Made by a program: the position numbers and the translations under genes | Shown: positions 51,746-60,636 of the stretch, piece after piece | Numbering within the stretch: the first letter of the stretch is position 1 | How the letters are laid out: the number at the start of each line of letters is the position of its first letter | Notes under the pieces: generated by a model | The model's input: the letters and a program-made list of their open reading frames with translations, nothing else | Database searches by the model: none | Told to the model about the DNA's origin: nothing | NCBI GenBank assembly: GCA_964350145.1 | Contig: CAYGJL010000001.1 | Span: 25,209 to 89,208 of the forward strand | Direction of reading: 5' to 3' | From: an uncultured Gemmatimonadaceae bacterium | GTDB taxonomy: Bacteria > Gemmatimonadota > Gemmatimonadetes > Gemmatimonadales > Gemmatimonadaceae | Length of the DNA: 64,000 nucleotides

Positions 51746-52881
51746 ACGCCTATCCGGTGCGACACTGCAAGCGGTGCGTGCTTCCGAGCACGAAACCCGG
51801 CCTCCTCATCGATGACGAGGGCGTGTGCAGTGCCTGCCGTCAGGTCGAGCGGAAGAAGCTGATCGACTGGGACGCGCGGGAGGCCGAGTTGGCGGCGCTG
51901 TGCGACAGCATCCGCGGCAAGAACGGCAATGGCTACGACTGCATCGTGCCCGTGAGCGGCGGCAAGGACAGCACGTACCAGGTCTGGGTGATGAGCAAGG
52001 TACACGGCCTGAAAGTGCTTGCCGTGAACGTCGTCGCGCACCTCCAGACGCGCGAGGGCATACACAATCTGAACGCGATGGTCGAACACCTCAATGTCGA
52101 TCTCATCAAGGTGAACGTCCGTCCGACCACCTTGAAGAAGATCCGGAACTCCGCGTTCTTCAAGATCGGCAACCCCAACTGGGCCGAGCATCGGGTGATC
52201 TTCGCGGCGGTAGCGCGCACGGCCCTGCTGTACCACGTTCCCCTGGTGGCATGGGGCGAGGACATTGCGGTCGAGTTTGGCGGCAATCGCGCGAAGTCCG
52301 TCACGCAGGAGGGCTCGGCCGAAGAGCTCATCAACAACGATCTTTTCCGGGAAGCAACGCTGGAGGACTTGCTCGGTACGGACGTCAGGCCGAGCGAGCT
52401 CCTTTTCTATATGCACCCCGACAAGGACGAGCTGAAGCGTCGTGGAATCCGGAGCATCTATCTGGGGCACTACCGGTGGTGGGACGGAACCAAGCACTAC
52501 CTGAAGGCGAAGGAATTCGGCTTCCGGCCGCGCAGAGAAGGTCCGCTCTCCGGCAACATCCTCGACTACGACAACATCGACGAGAAGCTCTGCGAGGTCA
52601 ACATCTGGTTCAAGTTCCTCAAGCACGGCTTCTGGCGCCCGCACGATCAGTCCTGCTACAAGATCTGGAACGGGTACATGAGCCGCGAGGAAGCGGTCGA
52701 GCTGATTCATGCCAAGCAATACGAGTTTCCGATCGAGTACTTCCAGGAGTACCTGGAGTATCATGAGATGACCGAGCGGCAGTTCCGGGACAACGAGGAC
52801 AAGTGGAGAAATCCGCGCCTGTGGCATCAGGTCAACGGCGAGTGGAGGCTCCGCTACCCCATTGAACAGCTGGTTGAGTAG
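51742..52881 (+). CDS. N-acetyl sugar amidotransferase family (WbpG/PseA-like PP-loop enzyme), copy 2, canonical
   Basis: ATGA overlap at 51742. CKRC...CSAC. CIVPVSGGKDSTY (canonical PP-loop). Confidence 0.75.
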   Translation: MNAYPVRHCKRCVLPSTKPGLLIDDEGVCSACRQVERKKLIDWDAREAELAALCDSIRGKNGNGYDCIVPVSGGKDSTYQVWVMSKVHGLKVLAVNVVAHLQTREGIHNLNAMVEHLNVDLIKVNVRPTTLKKIRNSAFFKIGNPNWAEHRVIFAAVARTALLYHVPLVAWGEDIAVEFGGNRAKSVTQEGSAEELINNDLFREATLEDLLGTDVRPSELLFYMHPDKDELKRRGIRSIYLGHYRWWDGTKHYLKAKEFGFRPRREGPLSGNILDYDNIDEKLCEVNIWFKFLKHGFWRPHDQSCYKIWNGYMSREEAVELIHAKQYEFPIEYFQEYLEYHEMTERQFRDNEDKWRNPRLWHQVNGEWRLRYPIEQLVE

Positions 52882-52896
52882 CCGCGGCGTGACGGC

Positions 52897-53673
52897 ATGA
52901 TGAAGCTTTTTAGCCACTATCCGTACTACGCCCAGCTCGGTCTCACCGTGGCTGCGAGAGCGTTCAACATCGCGACCCGACGGCGCTGCTCGGATTACGG
53001 TAAACTGGCGCCGTTTTTCCAGGGCAAGGTCGGCCTTGAGATCGGGGGGCCGAGCACGATTTTCAAGGCCAACCACCTGATTCCGGTCTACGACCGCGCC
53101 AGTTCGGTGGACAGCTCGAACTTCAGCGACAAGACAGTCTGGACCAGAGGGCGCGAGCGTGACGTCTTCGGACTGGCGCTAAGGGATACCTTCGTTTGCG
53201 ACGCATCGGAGATGAATGCGTTTGAAGACGAGTCCTACGACTTCATTCTGGCGTCTCATGTGCTCGAGCATCTGGCCAATCCGCTGAAAGCGTTGACCCA
53301 CTGGAAGCGTGTGGTGAAGCGAGGGGGAGCGATTCTCCTTGTGGTGCCGCACAAATCGCGAACCTTCGACGTCCGACGTCCCTTCACGACTTTCGAGCAT
53401 CTCGCGGAGGATTACAGGAACGACACTCCGGAAACCGACATGACTCACGTCGAGGAGGTACTGGAGATGCATGAATGGCGGCGCGACGCCGGATGCCTTG
53501 ACGCGGAGCACTTTAGGGCACGGTGCCTGGATAATGCCGCGAACCGCTGCATTCACCACCACGTCTACAGCCCGGAGCTGCTTGCGAGCTGTTTTGAGTT
53601 CTGCGGGATGGAGACGGTGAGTGTTTCGGTCGAGTATCCCTACCACATCGTTGGAACGGCGATGAAACGCTGA
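52897..53673 (+). CDS. Class I SAM-dependent methyltransferase
   Basis: VGLEIGGPS (motif I variant), YDFILASHVLEHLANP, GGAILLVVP. Confidence 0.65.
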   Translation: MMKLFSHYPYYAQLGLTVAARAFNIATRRRCSDYGKLAPFFQGKVGLEIGGPSTIFKANHLIPVYDRASSVDSSNFSDKTVWTRGRERDVFGLALRDTFVCDASEMNAFEDESYDFILASHVLEHLANPLKALTHWKRVVKRGGAILLVVPHKSRTFDVRRPFTTFEHLAEDYRNDTPETDMTHVEEVLEMHEWRRDAGCLDAEHFRARCLDNAANRCIHHHVYSPELLASCFEFCGMETVSVSVEYPYHIVGTAMKR

Positions 53674-53676
53674 GGG

Positions 53677-54696
53677 ATGAGAACCACGCCAACGCTTCTC
53701 CCATCAGCGATGCCAGCCGCCACGCGGGTCATGAGACTGAAAAGACCGCAGGTGGTGCCCGAGCAGAAAGCCCTGTTCTTTCTTGGAAATGCCGCGGTGT
53801 TCGTCATCGTGGCCGTGTTCCTCAATCTCCTGGGAAGGTACGTATCAAATGACGTAGGCGAGTATGTCCTGCTATGGGACAGGGTGCGTGACCTCGACTT
53901 TCTGGACGCGTGGCTAGGCTTGCGGTACGAGATAGGATCGCTTTTGGTGTTCTGGCTTGTCGCCCAGGTGCTCTCCCCGCTGGCGACTTTCTATTTCGTG
54001 GGTCTGGCCGCGTTCTCGGTCAAATTCTATTTGATCAGAAGGTATCTGCACTATCCATTGATCGCGCTATGTCTCTACGTCGCGCTGTTTCTCCACCTGC
54101 ACGATGCCAACCAGATCCGGGCCGCCATCGCGGCGTGCTTCGTTCTATATGCCGTCGTGGCGCCCACCGGCGGGCGGCTGTCTTTCCTGGTGCTTGCCGG
54201 CATCGCGAGTCTGTTCCACTATTCGGGATGGATCATTCTGGTGCTGTATGGTGTTCGCGCGCCGATAACCGGGCTTGCGGCAATCGTCGTAGTGAGCTTC
54301 GCTTGGGATTACGTCATAGCCAGCTCGGCAGCGCTCAGCTTCGCGGTGCTTTTTCTATCCAGAGAGGCGAAAGGGGTGAATCTGACCAACTCGCTTTTCG
54401 TCATGCAGGCGGTCATCGCGATCGCGATCGCGTTGCAGTGGAAGCGCTTGAGCGAAGCTCAAAAAAAAGGTGCCTACCTTGTCGTGTGCGGGGTCGTGTT
54501 TTACGTATCGTTCATCGACAATCCGATCATGGCCCACCGCCTGCGCGAGCTGTCCATGATTGGAGTCTTCCCGCTGTTGTTCTTGGGCGACCGCAAGTGG
54601 AGGTACACGTTCGTCATGATATGGATGGGAGTCGCCTATATGGCGGCATACGACCTGGCCCTTGTTCTGATTGAGATGTTTTCGGCCATGGCGTGA
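53677..54696 (+). CDS. Polytopic membrane protein, EpsG-family Wzy-type glycan polymerase
   Basis: About 9-10 hydrophobic helices. YEIGSLLVFWL and HDANQIRAAIAACFVLYA resemble EpsG-family conserved blocks. Visibly lower GC than its neighbours. Confidence 0.6.
   Translation: MRTTPTLLPSAMPAATRVMRLKRPQVVPEQKALFFLGNAAVFVIVAVFLNLLGRYVSNDVGEYVLLWDRVRDLDFLDAWLGLRYEIGSLLVFWLVAQVLSPLATFYFVGLAAFSVKFYLIRRYLHYPLIALCLYVALFLHLHDANQIRAAIAACFVLYAVVAPTGGRLSFLVLAGIASLFHYSGWIILVLYGVRAPITGLAAIVVVSFAWDYVIASSAALSFAVLFLSREAKGVNLTNSLFVMQAVIAIAIALQWKRLSEAQKKGAYLVVCGVVFYVSFIDNPIMAHRLRELSMIGVFPLLFLGDRKWRYTFVMIWMGVAYMAAYDLALVLIEMFSAMA
54461..54468 (+). repeat. A8 homopolymer inside the Wzy-like CDS
   Basis: Read directly: gctc-AAAAAAAA-ggtg, encoding QKK. 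Confidence 0.9.
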
Positions 54697-54875
54697 GACG
54701 GCAAAGCCCCCTCCGCGGGGCGACGCCGCTTCCATCCCCAGTGATATGGCCAATCCTAAGGTCCATGACGTCGTTGAAGGAAACGTGTCAACGCTTGGGC
54801 TTGCTGGCTCGCTGGCTGCCACGTGGCATCGCCGGCGAAGCCGCGCGCAAAGACGTCCGGGAAATGGGGGGAGTG

Positions 54876-55952
54876 ATGCGCGTATTGCTGCTGCATAAAT
54901 ATGGGCGTCGGGCCGCAAGTTTCAGGCATCGCTTCGAGCAGTACATCCCGTATCTCGACGAGGCTGGGCTACAGTGTACCGTTTCGTCGCTGCTTGAGGA
55001 GGATTATCTCAAGGACATGTTCCTTGCGGACAGGCGAAATCTTTTTGCCGTTATGCGCGGCATTTTCCGGCGCGTGCGAGTGCTCGTCGGCGTTCGCAAG
55101 TATGATCTCGTCATCATCGGGCAGGATCTGTTTCCGTTCGCTCCGGCCATTTTTGAGCGGTATCTGAACATTCGCGGCGTTCCGTATATCTTCGACTACG
55201 ACGATCCCATTTTCCACCAGTACGACATGCACCGCTCGCCGGCTGTGCGACTTCTGCTGGGAAGGAAACTGCAGGCTGTTATCAGAGGGGCGGAGCTGGT
55301 GTTCGCCGGCAGCCCGTATATCGCTGCTTACGCCCGCGTCGTAAACGCGAATGTCGAGTATCTGCCAACTGTCGTCGATCTCGAGGTTTTCCGCCAGCTA
55401 AAGGACCATCGCGTCCGGAACGGCCAGTTCGTGGTCGGCTGGATCGGCTCACCGTCCACGGCGGTTTACCTCAAAGCGCTCGTGCCGGTGCTGAGGCGCT
55501 TCTGCGCGAGTACCGGCGCGCGAGTCGTGCTCGTGGGCTCCGGCCCGGTCGATCTGCCTGGCGTGCCCACCGAGATCCGGGAGTGGAGTGAGCAGACCGA
55601 AGTCGAAGAAATCTTGCGATTCGACGTAGGCATCATGCCAATGGCCGATGACCAGTGGGCGCGCGGCAAGTGCGGGTTCAAGCTGGTTCAGTACATGGCT
55701 TGTGGCCTTCCAATAATCGCTTCACCCGTCGGAGTCAGTCCCGTGGTCGTGACGGATGGTGTGGAGGGGTTTCTTCCCCCGGGAGACGAGGGATGGCTCG
55801 CCGCCATGCATTCGCTGCATGCCGATGCGGAATTGGCGGCGCGCATGGGTCGCGCCGCGCGCAAGCGAGTGGAGGCCGCATACTGTCTGCAGGTCACAGC
55901 TCCACGCTTCGTTGCCGGAGTACAACGCGTGCTGGCGGGCACGCCGAAATGA
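54876..55952 (+). CDS. GT-B glycosyltransferase, family 4 / group 1
   Basis: GGGGGGAG RBS about 4-5 nt upstream of ATG 54876. MRVLLLHKYG start. C-terminal FDVGIMPMADDQWARGKCGFKLVQYMACGLPIIASPVG. The alternative GTG 54693 would add a 61-aa Arg/Pro-rich extension. Confidence 0.7.
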   Translation: MRVLLLHKYGRRAASFRHRFEQYIPYLDEAGLQCTVSSLLEEDYLKDMFLADRRNLFAVMRGIFRRVRVLVGVRKYDLVIIGQDLFPFAPAIFERYLNIRGVPYIFDYDDPIFHQYDMHRSPAVRLLLGRKLQAVIRGAELVFAGSPYIAAYARVVNANVEYLPTVVDLEVFRQLKDHRVRNGQFVVGWIGSPSTAVYLKALVPVLRRFCASTGARVVLVGSGPVDLPGVPTEIREWSEQTEVEEILRFDVGIMPMADDQWARGKCGFKLVQYMACGLPIIASPVGVSPVVVTDGVEGFLPPGDEGWLAAMHSLHADAELAARMGRAARKRVEAAYCLQVTAPRFVAGVQRVLAGTPK

Positions 55953-56857
55953 CGTCAGAGCCGGTGATGGAAAAAGGCGCGTTCTGCATCTCGATCGACT
56001 TGGAGGCCGCGTGGGGTGTCTGGGACAAGCTGACCCCGCAATATCTCTCGAAATGCCTCGAGCTCGAACGGATGATCGTAGATCGGATTCTCTCGATCTT
56101 CGACCGGTACGACATTTCCGCGACTTGGGCGATCGTGGGGCATCTGCTCGAGAAGCGTGGGGACCGGGCCGCTGGCGAGCTACCCGCCTGGTACGCCCCT
56201 GACATGATCGAGGCGATTCGCGCCGCCAGAACGGAGCAGGAGATCGGTTCCCACAGCTTCGCCCACATTTATTTCTCGGAGAACACGAGCGAACGGGTGC
56301 AGTCCGACCTCGCTGCCGCGCGCACGATTCATGAGCGATACGGACTCGAGTTCACCTCTTTCGTGTTCCCGCGCAACATGGTGAGTCACCTGCCGTTGCT
56401 GGCGCGCGCGGGCATCAGGGTTTTCCGGGGGATCGATCACGGCTGGCACATGGCAGCGCCCGGGCGTCATCCGGTTGCCAGAATCCTGCATCTCCTCGAC
56501 ACGATGATTCCATTGGCGCCCGCCGTGGTGCGGCCCGTGATGCATCCCGGCGGATTGGTGGAGCTACCCGGGTCAAGGCTGCTCATGGGACGCAACGGCC
56601 TCCGCAAGCTTGTCCGCCCCGCGGTTCTCGAACTCAAGGCGAAACGCGGACTTAGGGCGGCTGCCCGCGACAAGGGCGTGTTTCATCTCTGGTTCCATCC
56701 GACCAACTTCTACTACGACAGCGAGCGTCAGTTTGCAACTCTCGAGACCATCGTCAGGGAAGCCGCACTTTTGCGCGGCCAGCAGCGCCTCGACATCGTG
56801 CCAATGCGAAGTTTCGCAGGCGACACGGTCAGGGCTCGCGCGATGGCGGCGCACTGA
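55949..56857 (+). CDS. Polysaccharide deacetylase-family protein (second, divergent)
   Basis: ATGA overlap at 55949. FCISIDLEAAWG (Asp motif), ISATWAIVGHLL, IGSHSFAH (HSxxH motif). Confidence 0.65.
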   Translation: MTSEPVMEKGAFCISIDLEAAWGVWDKLTPQYLSKCLELERMIVDRILSIFDRYDISATWAIVGHLLEKRGDRAAGELPAWYAPDMIEAIRAARTEQEIGSHSFAHIYFSENTSERVQSDLAAARTIHERYGLEFTSFVFPRNMVSHLPLLARAGIRVFRGIDHGWHMAAPGRHPVARILHLLDTMIPLAPAVVRPVMHPGGLVELPGSRLLMGRNGLRKLVRPAVLELKAKRGLRAAARDKGVFHLWFHPTNFYYDSERQFATLETIVREAALLRGQQRLDIVPMRSFAGDTVRARAMAAH

Positions 56858-56880
56858 CTCCACACGCGCCAGAAGGCATC

Positions 56881-57792
56881 GTGAATGCTCGAATCACCGC
56901 CGAAACCGCCCACACCGGCCATATGCCGGATCTGATCAGCTTGGGACGGACGTACTATCGGCCTGACAGCCCCGTGCTGAACGAGGCATCCCTGAAATGG
57001 TTATATGTGGACAACCCGGACGGCGCCGCTACTCTGATCATCGCGCGGGAAGGCGACCTGTGGATAGGCCTTATCGCGCTGATTCCAGTGATGCTGGAGC
57101 ACTCGGGCCGGCTGCAGCGGTCGACATACGCGGTCAATGTGCTCACCCATCCGGAACACCGCGGCAAGAAGCTGTTCGTGAAAATGATCGGACACGCGCG
57201 GAGTCTGCTTGCGGCCGAGGACCGCTGGCTGCTCGGCCATCCTAGCGCCAGCGCCACGCCGGGCTGGACACGGCAGGCGATGGAGTTCAGGGATCCGCGG
57301 GATCTGTACATCGCGAAGTTCCACCCGCCGTTTTCGTCCGTGCGCAAAAGGCGGATCAGGACGCTGGAGGAGTTGCGGGACATTTCGCCACTTTTCTGGA
57401 TCGAGGTGGCGAACCGGCCGGACGTGCATGTCAGATACACACCGGAGTTCTTCGCGTGGCGCTTTCTCGACGCGCCGCACAGGGAGTACGTTGTGTCGGC
57501 TGTCGAAGAGCGCGGGACACTGCTCGGCCTGACCGTGACGCGACGATTCAAGGGACCGTTCGATCTCATGGTCGATTTCGTGGGACCCGTGCGCACGATG
57601 GGAAAAATCCTTGCCAGTGGGCGGCGCCCGACTCTGGTCGCCCATCCGATCGCTGGAAGCGTCGGGGCCGAGGTGACGAAGGCATGCTGGAAGCTGCCCG
57701 TACGTCGCCAGCTCCCGTTCTTCGCGACGACTTGGGACCCAGACAATGTCTTCGACATGACTGGAATCAGTCTTGCCGCAAGCGATATTTAA
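56881..57792 (+). CDS. GNAT-family acyltransferase (probable)
   Basis: AVNVLTHPEHRGKKLFVKMIGHA resembles GNAT motif A (R/Q-x-x-G-x-G/A variant); 303 aa. Confidence 0.5.
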   Translation: MNARITAETAHTGHMPDLISLGRTYYRPDSPVLNEASLKWLYVDNPDGAATLIIAREGDLWIGLIALIPVMLEHSGRLQRSTYAVNVLTHPEHRGKKLFVKMIGHARSLLAAEDRWLLGHPSASATPGWTRQAMEFRDPRDLYIAKFHPPFSSVRKRRIRTLEELRDISPLFWIEVANRPDVHVRYTPEFFAWRFLDAPHREYVVSAVEERGTLLGLTVTRRFKGPFDLMVDFVGPVRTMGKILASGRRPTLVAHPIAGSVGAEVTKACWKLPVRRQLPFFATTWDPDNVFDMTGISLAASDI

Positions 57793-57840
57793 GCCCGCCC
57801 GCGCTCCGGCTGGTCAACTACCTTGAATACGAAGGAAGGA

Positions 57841-58587
57841 ATGCAGGTTAATAAGGATCGCGTATGTTTCGTCACCGGCGGCACCCGAGGGATCGGCAAA
57901 GCGATCGCTCTTGCGTTTCTCGCCCAGGGGGTGAGGGTCGCGGTGAATTATTTCGGCGACGAAGCGTCCGCGGCCCAGATGAAGCACGAATGCTCGGAGT
58001 TCGACGATCGCTTTCTCCTCGTGCGGGGCGATGTTTCCAACTGGGCCGAAGTCGAGGGTGGGTTTCAGCAGATCTTCGACCGCTTCGGAAGCGTTGACAT
58101 TCTCATCAACAACGCCGGGATCGCGATGGACCGATCCTTCCTCAAGATATCGAACGAGGACTGGAATCGCGTCCTGGCGGTGAATCTCACCGGGCCGTTT
58201 TACTGCTGCCGCATGGCCGTTCCCAAAATGATAGAGGCGAAGTGGGGAAGGATCATCAATATGTCCTCAGTCATTGGTCAGGCGGGCAATTTTGGGCAGA
58301 CGAACTATGCCGCGTCGAAGGCGGGATTGATCGGATTCACCAAGGCTCTGTCGAGAGAGCTTGCCCCCAAGAACATTACGGTGAACGCGATCGCTCCAGG
58401 ATTCGTGAATACCTCGATGACGCAGGGGATACCGTCTGCGATCCGGGAGAGTATCACCGAGAAGATCTCCATCGGCAGGTTCGGGGACACCCGTGACATT
58501 GTCGCCGCCGCCGCCTTCCTCTGCGCTGACGAATCCAGCTACTTGACCGGCAGCGTGCTCAACGTTGACGGCGGCTATCATGGCTAG
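57841..58587 (+). CDS. fabG: 3-oxoacyl-(ACP/CoA) reductase, FabG-type classical SDR
   Basis: GAAGGAAGGA RBS before ATG 57841. FVTGGTRGIGKA, NNAGI, NMSSV...YAASKAG (S-Y-K). Confidence 0.8.
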   Translation: MQVNKDRVCFVTGGTRGIGKAIALAFLAQGVRVAVNYFGDEASAAQMKHECSEFDDRFLLVRGDVSNWAEVEGGFQQIFDRFGSVDILINNAGIAMDRSFLKISNEDWNRVLAVNLTGPFYCCRMAVPKMIEAKWGRIINMSSVIGQAGNFGQTNYAASKAGLIGFTKALSRELAPKNITVNAIAPGFVNTSMTQGIPSAIRESITEKISIGRFGDTRDIVAAAAFLCADESSYLTGSVLNVDGGYHG

Positions 58588-58631
58588 GTCGCAGTGCGAT
58601 CCGAAAGCTCCAGGCTCCAGGTCGTGAATTA

Positions 58632-60605
58632 ATGTGCGGTTTCGCCGGCTTCCTTGGCGGAGTTGCCCGTGAGAGCCAGGCTGCGGAAGAGTCTCTTCTG
58701 CGATCGCTCGCCGACACGATTAAACACCGCGGTCCGGACGACTCGGGCTACTGGTGTGACCAGGACCGGCGGATAGGCTTGTGCCTCCGTCGCTTGTCTA
58801 TCGTAGACCTGTCGCAGGCGGGACATCAGCCGATGCACTCGGCAAGCGAACGCTACGTGATAGTCTACAACGGAGAGATCTATAACCACGTTGACCTGCG
58901 AAAGGCGCTGGACGCATCCCTGAAATCGCACCCGTGGCGCGGTCACTCGGACACCGAAACGTTGCTGGCGGGCTTCGATGCTTGGGGCATCGAGGCCACC
59001 CTGAATCGCGCCGTCGGAATGTTCGCGTTCGGTGTGTGGGATCGCCGGGAGCACACGCTCACCCTCGCGCGGGATCGGATCGGGGAGAAGCCGTTGTACT
59101 ACGGGTGGCAAGGCGGGGGTAGCGACGCGGTTTTTCTGTTCGGGTCGGAACTCAAGGCATTGCGCGCGCACCCGGCTTTCGAAAACAGGATCGACAGGAA
59201 CGCGCTGAATCTTCTCCTGCGGCACAACTGTATCCCCGCACCGTACTCCATCTATCAGGGAATCTTCAAGCTCCGGCCCGGACATCTATTGACGGTTTCG
59301 CTGGCTGAACGCGAGCCGAGGACCTGGGCCTATTGGTCCGCGGCGCAGGCGGCGAGAAGCGGCGTAGCCAATCCATTCGCCGGGAGCGACTCGGAGGCGA
59401 TTGACGCGCTGGAGGAGATTCTGACCGACGCGGTAGGACGGCAGATGATGGCGGATGTGCCGCTTGGCGCTTTTCTCTCGGGAGGGGTTGATTCTTCGAC
59501 TGTGGTCGCGCTGATGCAGGCACAGTCCCCACGTCCGGTGAAGACTTTTACGATCGGCTTTCACGAGGCGGGCTATGATGAAGCCGGGCACGCGAAGGCG
59601 GTCGCCGCGCATCTCGGCACGGATCATACGGAGCTGTACATCAGTGCGGAGCAGGCGATGGCGGTCATTCCCGCCCTGCCGACCATGTACGACGAGCCGT
59701 TCTCCGACTCGTCCCAGATTCCCACTTTTTTGGTGTCGCAGCTCGCGAGGGAGCGCGTCACCGTTTCGCTTTCAGGGGATGGAGGCGACGAGCTGTTCGG
59801 CGGATACAACAGGTACGCGATTACGGCGAGACTCTGGAACGGATTGGGGTATGTGCCGCCCGCATTGCGCGAGATGATGGCGAAAGGATTGAACGTGGTT
59901 TCCCTGAACTCATGGAACAGGATCGCGAGCGCCGTCGAAAATTGGCTCCCTCGTTCCGCGCGCCCCACGCAATTGGGAAATTTCCCCCACAAGGCCGCCG
60001 GAGTTCTTGCGAGCCGGTCGCCGGAGGAACTGTACTTCCGTCTCGTCTCGCATTGGCAGAAGCCGGAGTCGGTGGTGCTGGGCGGCCATGAGCCTCCCAC
60101 GCTGGTGACCAGCGACGCGCCCGACCTCGAGGGGCTTGACGACGTGCAGCGAATGATGGCGCTCGACATCATGACTTATCTTCCCGATGACATCCTCGTC
60201 AAATTGGACAGAGCGGCGATGGCCGTGTCGCTCGAGGCGCGGGTTCCGTTTCTCGACCACCGCGTCGTGGAGTTCGCATGGCACCTCCCCCAGGTGATGA
60301 AGATTCGCCGCGGGCAAACCAAATGGGCGCTGCGTCAGGTTCTTTCCCGGCATGTGCCTTCGAGCCTGATCGAGCGGCAGAAGAAGGGATTCGGGATTCC
60401 GCTCGACGCGTGGCTGCGCGGTCCGCTGCGGGGGTGGGCGGAAGATATGCTCGACGAATCGCGGCTGATGCGGGAGGGATATTTTGATCCCGCGCCGATT
60501 CGCTGGCGATGGAAGGAGCATCTCTCCGGCCGGCGCAATTGGCAGCATCACTTGTGGGATGTCTTGATGTTTCAGGCGTGGCTTGAGTCCCAGCGGTCGC
60601 AATGA
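58632..60605 (+). CDS. asnB: Asparagine synthase (glutamine-hydrolysing) family amidotransferase, AsnB/WbpS-like
   Basis: MCGFAGF N-terminal nucleophile Cys, YNGEIYNH, FLSGGVDSS PP-loop; 657 aa. Confidence 0.85.
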   Translation: MCGFAGFLGGVARESQAAEESLLRSLADTIKHRGPDDSGYWCDQDRRIGLCLRRLSIVDLSQAGHQPMHSASERYVIVYNGEIYNHVDLRKALDASLKSHPWRGHSDTETLLAGFDAWGIEATLNRAVGMFAFGVWDRREHTLTLARDRIGEKPLYYGWQGGGSDAVFLFGSELKALRAHPAFENRIDRNALNLLLRHNCIPAPYSIYQGIFKLRPGHLLTVSLAEREPRTWAYWSAAQAARSGVANPFAGSDSEAIDALEEILTDAVGRQMMADVPLGAFLSGGVDSSTVVALMQAQSPRPVKTFTIGFHEAGYDEAGHAKAVAAHLGTDHTELYISAEQAMAVIPALPTMYDEPFSDSSQIPTFLVSQLARERVTVSLSGDGGDELFGGYNRYAITARLWNGLGYVPPALREMMAKGLNVVSLNSWNRIASAVENWLPRSARPTQLGNFPHKAAGVLASRSPEELYFRLVSHWQKPESVVLGGHEPPTLVTSDAPDLEGLDDVQRMMALDIMTYLPDDILVKLDRAAMAVSLEARVPFLDHRVVEFAWHLPQVMKIRRGQTKWALRQVLSRHVPSSLIERQKKGFGIPLDAWLRGPLRGWAEDMLDESRLMREGYFDPAPIRWRWKEHLSGRRNWQHHLWDVLMFQAWLESQRSQ

Positions 60606-60636
60606 CCCCGGAGGCGCGCCAACGCTCGGCTGAAAG

